Source of the DNA: Parasitella parasitica NRRL 2501
Lineage: Eukaryota > Fungi > Mucoromycota
Direction of reading: 5' to 3'
DNA length: 64,000 bases
Assembly: GCA_025201805.1 (NCBI GenBank)
Contig: MU619240.1
Span: 1 to 64,000 of the forward strand
The notes under the pieces are model-generated. The model had not been told where the DNA came from, searched no databases, and saw only the letters and a program-made list of their open reading frames with translations. The position numbers and the translations under genes are program-made. Below, one piece after another: positions 38,786-49,970 of this stretch. Every line of letters starts with the position of its first letter. Position 1 is the first letter of the stretch.

Positions 38786-41320
38786 TTATTCTACGGAGTT
38801 CCCTTTGGCAGGTGACCGTTTGCCATCGTCTGAAGCGTGGTGGGTCGAGTTTATTCGAGCAGTGAGCATAGATCTCATCTCCTCGATAGTCTCGGGCGAG
38901 GCTTGTTTATCTTCATGATTAGCCTCCAACTTGCTTTTAAATAGCTCTAATTTATCTAAAATTGTCATTCCCCACTTGTCTGATGCTGCAAGGTCAATTC
39001 GTGGTTGGTTTAGCAATGTTCTGAGCATTGATACACGGCCAACACAGACAGCAATATCAATGCCCCGACGTCCCTCAACGGGATCTGCCCAATTGACGTT
39101 AAATCCTGCTTCAAGGGCTACTTGAACCCATCTGATATTGTTATTCTTGATTGCTTTGAACCAGTAAGGCCCCATATCATTCTTTTCGCTTTCAGCCAAG
39201 TGAGCCCCAGCTTGTCTCAGGATCTTTACAACCTCTGCTCGCTTTTGAACAACAGCATCAAACAAAGGCGTATGGCCAGATTGGTCACGGACATGAATGG
39301 CAGCGCCGTGCAATAATAAATACTCTACAATCCGAAGATGGCCTTCTCTACAGGCGACATGGAGCGGCACACGGCCATCATAATCCACGCAATTCAAATT
39401 GATCAGCTCTCCCATACTCTCCACCAGCAGGCTCAGGCCTTCCAAATCATTCGAGCCTGCCGCAGAGCAAAGTAATACAGGCCCCAGTGCTTTTTGAGCG
39501 AGCATCTCTTCTTCAACTGACATTGTTAGATCAGCTTCCTCCTCGTCTTTGTTTGTATTGCCATTTTGCTCCATTTCTTGTTTAGCTGCAAACTTTCCAC
39601 GTGCAGAAAACTTCATCAGAATATTGACCAGCATGCTAGTGCGGTTGCTGGAGGCACTAAAACGCTGATACGGAGCACGGACGGTCAACTCACCGCGCAA
39701 GTTGCGTGTCATCATCTTGCGAACATGCTCTGGGCTGTTGGGTGTCTTGCCGAGCAAGTAAGCCAGCTTTGTCAGAGCACATTCAGGCGTCATGTCTGCA
39801 CCGGGGACAACACCAATAGCAGAAAGCTGTTTGCCAGTAGCATAAGCATCCGTGACAAGACCTTTGCGACATTGAGTACAGTTTACAATCACAACACCGC
39901 GATCGCTTGCTTCTTTCAATGCTGCTAGTAGGGTAGGACGAGCGGGGGCGTTGCCAGCGCCAAATGTCTCGAGGACTACACCCTGAAGAGGAGGAGCCAA
40001 GAAGGCCCTGATGGTAGTGTCGTTGATACCGGGAAATAGTCGCAGCGAGCCGACATTGGGGTTCAATTTTTGGCAGACGTTAAATTTTGCGATTTGAGTA
40101 GGACGCAGAACAAGGGGCCATTTCACATCTGCGCACAAAGAGTTAAGCAGCGCTTTTGTAGGTGTGCAAATGACTTACCAATGTTGATCCCCACGTCAAC
40201 TAGAGACGGGATGTTTGGAGAGTCAAAAGCTTCAAAGTCAACAGCACTTATTTTGCTCGTTCTATTGCCGCGGTACAGTTTCTTGCCGAAATAAAGGGCC
40301 ACTTCTGGAATGACAAAATGGCCAGCAATAGTAAGAGCGCCCAGCAGGTTTTCCACAGCATCGTTTCTCACTTCTGTAAGCGGCACCTGGGAGCCAGTGA
40401 TGATTACAGTCTTACCCAGCTCTTCCAGCATAAAGCTCAAGGCGCTTGCAGTGTAGGCCATTGTATCTGTGCCGTGCAGCACGATGAATGCATCGTACAG
40501 CTGGTAGTTTGCTTTGATATCCCCTGCAATCCTCACCCAATCTAAGTTGCCCAATGTCTATTGAGCTGTCTATTACATCTTTTTTTTTTTTTTTGTTAAT
40601 TACCAGACATTGTTATGTCGCACGAATCTAAAAGAGGTGCATATTCAAGAATAGAATACCTATCACAGATCGTGAGAATTATATCTTGCTGCAAAAGTTG
40701 TATTTTTTACGCACCTAATTCTCTTGCCAAACAGGCTGACAGGCGTAATTAGACTTGGTAACTGAAATGTCCTCGATTGTCCCTTTTGAGGGCCGTCTTG
40801 CTCGACGGCTTTGACGGTGTTTGTCACTGTGCCGAATTCCTTGGAATTGGCCTTGTCAGAAATGTTTAAACTGTCGAGGCTTTCATGCGATGACGCACGA
40901 GAGAGCGTTGAATGGTCCGATCTGTTGGAGGGATCGTGGAATCGACGCACCTTGGACAATGACTCTGCGAAATAATTGGGCAGCTTTATTGGAATGGAAT
41001 GGATGTGAACATTGCATCGTGCACAGTAATGAAAAATAGAATAAAATGAACTTACGGGAATATAACCATGCTCGGGCGTATGCTTCATGCCAATCGTGCC
41101 TCCAGTGTAAATGACAAGAACTCTAGACACCGCTGATGGTTGCTGTTATTAGAACATCAAAATCAAATATTTCGCCATGCCAGCATTTACCAGGTGCAAG
41201 CATATCATTGCGATCGACGCCTAATTGATGGCCCACTGCAGCATTGTCGTAGATTAAGCTGTCGTTAGTTCTAACTGGTGTAGATAATGGTGGCGTTGAT
41301 ACACGGCTAATAGGATGCAT
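38786..41320 (-). CDS. ASPG: Type I L-asparaginase with C-terminal ankyrin repeats (60-kDa lysophospholipase/ASPG-like)
   Basis: Motifs VLVIYTGGTIGM, LHGTDTMAY, TGSQVP, GNRTSK, ETFGAGN and DMTPECALTKL, then ankyrin repeats DYDGRVPLHVAC and GHTPLFDA. Confidence 0.93.
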
Positions 41321-41603
41321 CTGTGTAGATGCCAAAAGAAGAGGAGAGAGAGAGAGGGAGAGAGAGAGAGAGAGAGGGAAAGAAAGGAAAAAAGCCCCTC
41401 CCGAAGCCCCTCCCGAAAAATGTATTCATCACAGCAACGCGGACTGTGCCTCAGATCAAAAAATGAATGATCTGTTACTGGATGGCCAAATAGGGCTTGG
41501 GCGTTAGCAAAATATAAGCTTGCCAATAGATCATGATATAGTTTTATTTAGATGAGTTTTTTTTTTTTTTTTTTTTAAAAAAATATGCTTTTTTTACAAG
41601 GTT

Positions 41604-44018
41604 TTACAAGGTTTCCTGAGGCAAAGATACCACAGAAGACTCTGTCGAAATCTTTAATGAATCAGTAGTGTTGACAGAATCCAGCCAGGCAACCGACCCC
41701 ATGTGTTTTACATTGGCTGAATCTCCTACATCAGGCTTTTCCCCAGTATCGTCGTCCACACTGGTCGCCTCTGGTGTTTGTAATTCAGCAGTGGCGTCAA
41801 GTGAAGCAGTTTCTAATGGTTGTGGATCAGCAGCGGTTTCTGCAGTGATTTCATTAAAGGTTTGTAAAGAAGCCTTACTTGTAATATGATTGTCAGAGAC
41901 AGCATCCGAGTCAGCAAGGGTTAAATTAGAGTTGTCTGTTTCCTTGACATCCGCAGAGGTTTGGCCAAAGTCAGCCAGTTCATTGACATCAACAGAATTA
42001 TATAATTCACTGGTACCACTAGCAATTGCTGTGGAGTCAACCATCTCGCTGACATCACTGAAAGGTGTATCTAACTGATCTACGCCATTGACTATGGTAT
42101 TGGATTCGTGTATTTCAGAGCCTTCAATTTCCTGCTCGTGCTGTTGTCCCTCAGCCATTTGAAGAGAATCCGGTAAAAACACAGCAGAAAGCAAGCGAAT
42201 TGCACCTTCACGAATTGATATGTCTGTAATAGAGGCAATTACGTTGTTTAATGTCAGGGAAAACGATTCGATGCCATCAAGACGACCCAATACCAAATCT
42301 CCGTACAGTTGGTCTGTCGTCTCGTAGGCTACAGAGATAGGGTTCAACATGAATAAAAGCAAGGTTTTCAGATAGACCATCATGGTGCTTTTAAACAAAA
42401 TAGAACCAAAAGCTACAAGTGCAAGATGATCAGCATTGTTTCTCTTTTTTTTTTGGAGGGTTTACCTGTATTAACAGATTCACCTACAAACCGAATTTCG
42501 CCATCTTCCTCGCTCATTTCCATGGAAACAGATCCCTCTAAAAGTTTGATCCAACCTTGCATTTTTTCAAGTCCCTGCTGTTCAGTCGTCTTTGAATTCA
42601 CAAAAGTCGTCAATGGCTTCATGGCAGCTTTAGTTTCTTGGCCTGTTACAATCAAATCCATGATAAAGCCGTAGATTTCTTTTCGTAGCAAAGACTCTGC
42701 GCTCAATATTTCCTTGCGGTCATGGCCCATCATCGGTTTCGCCTTTTCAGCCTTCTTTTCGCAAGAAGCTGGTTCTTCCATGTCAGTCGGCACCGTCTCT
42801 CCATTTGACAGCTTTTGCTTTTTCACTTGCTCGTCAAACTGCGATTCGATTTTAGCCCACATCAAAGTCGTTCTCAAACAAGACAGTTACCTTGGCTTCC
42901 AATCGTCTGCTCCTCTTTTTGGGCATAAGCTCCACTTCTATCGCTCGCTTCAGCTTGGCTTCGTGCTTCATTCTAGCCTCTTCCTTGGCCTCCAATTTGG
43001 CAATGACCTCTGACCCTACTGTGACGACAGCTTTAGTAAGGCCTTTGTTCGATGCTCGCTTTACAGACTGCAGTTTCTCAATAAACTCCTTCCACTGCTC
43101 AATAGTCGAGCAAATCAACTCAAAGGTGAATCCTAGTGTATCTGACATGGTTGGTCCCTTTTTCCCGATAGAGAGGGGCATCTCTCTGTACAATCTGTAG
43201 TCGCCAAAATACCAATACACCCAACCTTCACGATCTGTTCCTAGCGGAGCGAATCTCTACAAACAGGAAAATCAGTAAGGGTTTTACACCCCCCCCCCCT
43301 CCCCCTTGTTACATATATTTGCGATTACCAAGGCTCGGCTTGATTTATCGATTTGCAAGGCGAGAAGATCTGGATCCGCAATCTCAACATGGGCCATTTC
43401 GATACTTTTTAGCACCTTGATCTTGTCCAAGATGTGCATGTCTGCAAAGTTTCGGTAGTCGGGAAACACATCAGCAATGAACTGCTCGTAGTTGTCGTTA
43501 TTGATCAAGGTCTTTTGACGCTGGGTGAGCAGGGGCGAAATAATGTGAACCATGAAATTAGCCAGATAGTTTTGCACAGGCTGACAGGTTCCACTTGGGC
43601 TGCTTTGCTGACTCAAGACGCTGGACTCACGCTTCGAGTGCGCCAGATGCTCATCTTCGACTTGCTCCTCTTCTTTGCCTGCCAGCAATGCTTCTTCTAG
43701 TTGCTCAATTGACAGGCCTTTGGGCAAACGAAAGTAGGCGTTGAATGTGCTGAAGAATTGAAATGCGCTGATGAATTCCCAAGACGCATGAAGCATCTCC
43801 TCTGTCGAGAGTGTTAGTTTTTTCTTTTGCTTTTTTCTTTCTTTTTTTCTTCAGCGCTTGCATGTCGTATGGCGTCGTTTACCTGGCGAAGAGCTCTCGT
43901 TGACATGGACCTCTGGCTTTTTTCTAGGCTTAGTTTTTTTAATAGGAATTATCACTCTGGGAGCTTTATATTTCGTCTTTTTAGACTTTTCGTGAGCAGT
44001 AGGCTTGCAGGATGGCAT
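41604..44018 (-). CDS. DDT/WHIM-domain chromatin remodelling accessory protein (RSF1/CECR2-like)
   Basis: DDT-like SWEFISAFQFFSTF...IEQLEEALL, WHIM2-like PLGTDREGWVYWYFGDYRLYRE and WHIM3-like FELICSTIEQWKEF. Basic first exon from ATG 44018; acidic tail. Confidence 0.7.
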
Positions 44019-44628
44019 GCTTTCGTTGTATTTTAGATTGAAAGAGAAAAAAAGAGATGAAAAATTTATCGTTTCAGTGGTTTTAACGAAACGGGAATAA
44101 GGCAAAGCGCGGATTTTCATTGCTTTTTATCGCGACTGATGTGGTGCACCTTGTCTTTACCTTTCAAAGATCCATCGAAATCTGATGTATCTCTACAGAA
44201 AGAAAAGTTCTATCATAACCTAAACACTTTAAGAATTGTATTTTGCTACAAGACATCACGATTAACGTGTACTTTTCTTGTGCAAAGAATCCATTAAAGG
44301 TGCCAAATGTGCGGTGGATGGAAATCCTTGCGCGGTACAGGATTTTGTTGGTCATGAGGATAGAGATGGCTAAAAGAATGCTCGCTCCCAGATCGCACCA
44401 CGTCCATACCCTGAGTGATCAACGGCGTCGTTGCCATGCAATCGAATTCGTATGCGCTTCAGCCTAGTTACCGCCACATTGTTGCTACGCATCGAGACTA
44501 TCATCATCATCTCCAAGTGACGTGTGTAGGGTAGAGCAAAGATGCTGTTGTGACTACAAGAGAAAACGGCAACTTGAAACTTTTCCAACCTTTCCTTTAC
44601 TGTTATTGTCTTGGATATTTCACGGTAA

Positions 44629-46085
44629 ATGAGTTCTAGCGCAAACACGAGCAACTGCAAAAGCATAGCCCGGTGCTACGCTGATGTGAATGCCACCATG
44701 CCCACTTCTTATTGGGACTACGATAATCTTCAAGTCGAGTGGGGGTAACGTATCGAACATGTACCAGATTCGTCCATTATTAATGGAGCTTTACACTGCA
44801 AAAAAAAAAAAAAAAAAAAAAATAGAAACCAGGAAAATTACGAAATCATTCGAAAAGTTGGCCGTGGCAAATACTCTGAAGTTTTCCAAGGAATTGATAT
44901 AGTAAACAACGAGCAATGTATCATCAAGGCCTTGAAGCCCGTCAAGAAGAAGAAGATTAGACGTGAAATCAAGATCCTTCAAAACTTGGCTGGTGGAACT
45001 AACATTGTTGGACTTTTGGGCATTGTTAGGGATCCTATTGTAAGTTGACATTAACAGAAAACAGTGCTTCATTTTGCTAAAATGACGCACATCGCGACAA
45101 TTCATCTAGTCAAAAACGCCTGCTATTATAACCGAGTATGTTAATAATACCGAGTTCAAGATTCTCTATCCTCGCTTCACAGTGTACGATATTCAGTTTT
45201 ACATGTACGAGTTGTTAAAGGTAAGCTACCCGTGCCAAGCTATGGAGAATTAGTTTTGCTCATCAGAGTGCTCAACTCTACAGGCCTTGGATTACTGTCA
45301 TTCCAAAGGCATTATGCATCGTGATGTTAAGCCTCACAATGTCATGATTGACCATGATAAGAAAGAGGTAAAGTGTCGTTTATTTCTTCTTGATCGCCAG
45401 GTATATAGAATACTGAATATATCACCGGCTGTGTTAGTTGCGTTTGATTGATTGGGGGTTGGCCGAGTTCTATCACGCAGGCACAGAATACAACGTTCGT
45501 GTTGCGTCCAGATATTTCAAGGGCCCCGAGCTTTTGGTCGATTTCCAAGAGTACGATTACAGTTTGGACATGTGGAGTTATGGGTGCATGTTTGCAAGCA
45601 TGGTGAGTTGGCTGTTGTTTTTTGTTTTGTTTTTTTTGTATATATAAATAGAGGCGACTGACACACAAGGCGCAATGACAGATTTTCCGCAAAGAGCCAT
45701 TCTTCCACGGACACGACAACTACGATCAGCTGGTCAAGATTGCTCGCGTCCTTGGCACTGACGAGCTTTTCAGATATACCGAAAAGTACTCTATAACTCT
45801 TGCACCCGAGTACAACAACATTTTGGGCCGACACATGCGCAAGCCCTGGAACAAGTTTATTACAGGTGAGAACCAGCGTTTTGTAACTGATGATTCGGTC
45901 GATTTCTTGGACAAATTATTGAGATACGATCACCAAGAACGCCTTACAGCAAAGGAGGCCATGGCTCATCATTATTTTGGTAAGTCTTTTAAAGCAGGGG
46001 GGAGAGAGTGCAAAGATGAAGAAAGAAAAAAATGGCGGTTACTAACGACATTTGAACAGATGCTGTGAGAGCCTCTCAAGCATAA
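44629..46085 (+). CDS. CKA1: Casein kinase II catalytic (alpha) subunit
   Basis: Motifs [52 protein letters not shown] and [11 protein letters not shown]. Ends ...DAVRASQA*. Confidence 0.97.
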
Positions 46086-46224
46086 TAATTTACGTTGTAT
46101 TGTATAAATTAAATCCCTCTTTTTTTTTTATCAGGCATATAAATAATAAAAAAAATTACATTTCTTTTTTTTAAAGCACAACTTTTTTTTCTTTTTTTTT
46201 TTTTTCCATCACATTTATCGGATT

Positions 46225-47958
46225 ATGGAGAATAATGGTAAAAGCAGCAGACTGTTGATATTCTTGATAGACGGTTTGGGCGATGTAAATATAGCCAGTC
46301 TAGACTCAAAAACCCCTCTGCAGTATGCACATACACCCTGGCTTGACAAAATTTGCGGTATTTATGTCTTATTTGGTGCAAATTGGTACCAAGAAACACT
46401 GATTTTGAAGCTTGTGCATAGAGAGAGGGCTAAACGGGCTTGTAGATCCGGTTGAACCGGGTTTAGCTTGCGGTTCTGACACAGCTCATATGTCAATACT
46501 AGGCTATGATCCTAGAAGGTAAAGCATTGTATGAATCTACCAAGTAAAGACGTTCACCTCAACACTGCACAAACACCAAGGTATTATGAAGGAAGAGGCG
46601 CCTTTGAAAGCATGGGCGCTGGATTGGATATGATACCATCAGACATTGCATTCAAAGTATACATTTATTATAAATATATTTATAAGGATTCTACCAGCTG
46701 TAAACTGTGCTGTTAAACCATCCATGCATCTTTTATAGTCAAACTTTGCGTATTTGGACAAAGAATCCGGAATTGTCATAAAGAGAAAAGCAGATCGAAA
46801 CTTCCAGGACATTGGGCCCATCTTATGCAAGGCGATCGACAATATGTATGTATTTTTTTTTTTCTTTCGTTGGACTGTATTTTTTATCGCGAAGCATGGA
46901 TGTAACGGTGGCAACCCCAAAATAGAAAACTGCCCTCCTTTCCCAACCACTCTGTTTCGGTAAAGTACGCAATTGAACATCGTTGTGGTGTGAGAGTGAG
47001 GGGACCTGGCCTAGCGTCTTCAATCACAGGAACGGACCCCTTGTTAGACAAGTAGGTTCTTTTTTTTTTTTTTGACTCTTCTATGTGCTTACAAATACCA
47101 TGGCCAACAATTGCATAGTAAACCTCTGGTGCATTGTGAACCTACTCTGGAAAACGAGGCTTCTGCAATGACAAGTAAAGCAAGTATACATTCATTGTTT
47201 GGAGGCATGATCATTGACGTTCTCCATCTAGTTGACCAACGAGTTGTCGGATGCATTTTTCAACCTTCTGATGGATCATCCCATCAATAAAGCGAGAATC
47301 GAGGCAGGGAATAATCCTGCAAATTGCGTTCTTTTGCGAGGATGCGGCAGTTGCATCGACGTGCCCAGCATCGAGAAATTGCATGGACTGAAGAGCTTTC
47401 TCATTGCACCGACGTGTATTATTGCAGGTATTGGAATGACGGTGGGCATGGATCTGCTCAATGTGCCTGGCGCAACTGGGGATTGCAGTTCGGATTTCAA
47501 TGCCAAGGCCAAAGCCTGTCTAGAAAATATACAGTCCGGCAAATACGACTTTGGCTTTTGCCATATAAAAGCTGTGGATGATGCTGGCCACGACCATGAC
47601 GTTGAAAAGAAGGTTCACTATATTGAGAAGATCGACCAGATGATAGGCACTGTTGTATCGAGTCTCGAAAAAAGCACTGGTCCAAAGGTAATAAGAGCAT
47701 GAATTTATTTCGTACATCCAGCAGCTTATTTGCTGTACACAGTATACTATCATTGTTACCGGGGATCATACAACACCTGCTTTGTACGGAGACCACAGCT
47801 GCGAGCCAGTTCCTTTTGTAATTAGCCCTATCAACAACAATGCACAGCGTAAAGACGCTGTAAATACTTTTAGTGAAATAGCAGCTGCTCAAGGTGCCTT
47901 AGGAAGGTTCAGTGGGGATCAAGTCATGCCATTGGCCAAATCGTTTATGAAACTGTAA
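46225..47958 (+). CDS. Archaeal-type (ApgM-like) cofactor-independent phosphoglycerate mutase / metalloenzyme
   Basis: Motifs LIDGLGD, KTPLQ, CGSDTAHMSILGYDP, YYEGRGAFE, PANCVLLRG, HIKAVDDAGHD and TGDHTTP...DHSCEPVP. Multi-exon, with one GC-AG intron. Confidence 0.88.
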
Positions 47959-48299
47959 ATAAGATTAACATACCGTGCCTGCCTGTTTTCAGATAAACAT
48001 CAACAAATATGGCACCAAGCAGAGTACATGGCGCATCTCTGTTGTATGGCATGTCCTCCATTTCATCATTGGAACTAAAAAAAAAAAAAAAAAAGCACCA
48101 CTGAATCGCTGAGCGGAGATTAAATCGATGTAGTCTCATCTGGCGTTTTCAATCGTCAAATTCTCCCTTTTTTAAAAATTTCATTCTTTAAACTATTTTT
48201 TAACCAAAAAGTCCACAGCCAAAAAGAAATATTATTCTAAAGCAGGCTATGCGTAATTGAGAGCTCTATATCCTATTCTTTTTTGTTTTTCAATTTTTA

Positions 48300-49110
48300 C
48301 TTTTGAATCATCCGATAATGCAAAATATATGCGATTTCAGTTTTTGAAGGGAAACGCAAAAAACTTGGCCTGCAGCATCAAAATAAACAATTTGTAGGAG
48401 AAGGCGGGGCAACTAGGGTTTATTGGCATTAATGGCTACCTTAGTAAAAAGTCTTGTTTTTCAACTGAAAAATCGATATTTGTCGAAATTTTCAATTTGC
48501 AAGAGTGACCCCAAGCCCGAAAGACCCAAAATGAGTGAAAAAATCAAACACTATTTTTTTCAATGTAGATGATCAGAATGGAATCTACAAAGCTAGGGCA
48601 ATTTGTCGGGCGTATTTTCGCCGCCAGAAAGTGCGTTCATCGCAAGGTATACACCATTAAAAATGTGCAATTTTGGCTAATCCGACGCAAGAGGGGGCCT
48701 CCAGCTACAATATCTGCTGAATACATTTGAATTATTGAAGATGTCTGGATGTACATGTAGCAGATTTACATTTATCGAAAAGAATTTATGGTGTTTAGAA
48801 AGCTTTAATCAAAAAGATGTGGGGTATATATGGCTAATTCTGACACTAAATGGTAAAAATCAAAATGATTCATATCTCGGCCCCATTTAGTGACAAAAGC
48901 AAACTTTTTTTTTTCGTTGACTTGCTGCTAGTAATCTTGCTCATAACGATGTGTCGTTTCTGTATGGAAATCGTTATTAAGGATGCCTCTCGCTCCGAAT
49001 TTAAAGTTAGCAACTTTGGGTGCCAATGCTATGTGATAAAACTAGGGTAAACAGCTTTTCAAAAGATGCAAAATTTTGTTTGTGGCTATTATTAATGGTA
49101 TATACTTGCA
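48300..49110. repeat. Probable degenerate non-autonomous transposon remnant
   Basis: Non-coding region with short inverted and direct repeats: CACTAAATGG/CCATTTAGTG, GCAAGGTATACACCATTAA vs the reverse complement of TTAATGGTATATACTTGC, and AACTAGGGT twice. Ends in an N gap. Confidence 0.3.
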
Positions 49111-49539
49111 NNNNNNNNNNNNNNNNNNNNAAAAAAAAAAAAAAAAAAAAAAATACGATGTCATGTAAAACTAATTGTCGTTCTGAATAGCTGATACGGC
49201 CCAGGCAAATGTCTTTTGTTTTTAAACCAAAAATGCCACATTTGCTCAATTGAAGCTGCAAGACACTTGAATTGCTACAACTCCATATTTTGTAGCTTGG
49301 CAAAACGGCCATTCTGCATACGCAACGTATACGAAATAGCAGATTTGGCCTAGACAGTGGTAGATCAACAGGACGTTGTTGAAACAGAGAGCACCATTTT
49401 TGCCGACGTCACCATAGGGCAAGAACAACCATGGGCTTTTTGGTAGAGTAAAATCTTTCTTTTTTAGTGTGCAACTCCACAATCAAACATTGTTATTCTT
49501 TTTTTTTTTTTTTTCCCCCACTCTTTCTATTACGAAAAA

Positions 49540-49707
49540 ATGATTGCTCCTATTGCTGGTAAATTCCGTAAGCAAGTTATCAAGGATATTTCCATCTCTC
49601 TCGTCCTTGGTGCTGTTGGTGGCGCTGCTTGGTGGAAGCTCTATCACATCCCCAATGTCCAACGTCGTGATGCTTATTACGCCAAACTCGAAGCCTCCAA
49701 GCAATAA
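49540..49707 (+). CDS. COX9: Cytochrome c oxidase subunit Cox9 (VIIa / COX6C family), 55 aa
   Basis: Hand translation gives MIAPIAGKFRKQVIKDISISLVLGAVGGAAWWKLYHIPNVQRRDAYYAKLEASKQ*, matching the Cox9 pattern IAPIxG...WW..H....R..YY..L. Below the ORF-track length cutoff. Confidence 0.9.
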   Translation: MIAPIAGKFRKQVIKDISISLVLGAVGGAAWWKLYHIPNVQRRDAYYAKLEASKQ

Positions 49708-49970
49708 AGCCAGCCGTTCAAACAACAGTGGCAGCTGCAACAATCACAACACCAAAAAAGCAAAAACAAAAAAACACTCCCACTTTTCTATCAACATGGC
49801 ATTGCGAGTACCTTTCAAATGTCATTGAAATGTCGAATTCTCAATATCAAAATAATTTTGTTCAAAAAAAAAAAAAGTAAATGTTGAAATAAAAAGCATA
49901 CATGACATATAGAATCAAAATACCCGCCCCTGCTCGATTGTTGAAATGAATTAGTGTTTTGTTTTTTTTA

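Noticed and set aside
44255-44510. Possible small spliced ORF on the minus strand between the WHIM gene and CK2
   Set aside because: It needs a 40-nt intron, has no recognisable motif, and lies in a divergent promoter region.
25300-46085. Apparent cluster of chromatin/transcription genes (Set9, Med15, WHIM, CK2)
   Set aside because: Interspersed with unrelated genes; no evidence beyond chance.
47940-47958. iPGM C-terminus -MKL as a peroxisomal PTS1
   Set aside because: Met at -3 does not fit the [SAC]-[KRH]-L consensus, and there is no TGA-CTA readthrough context.
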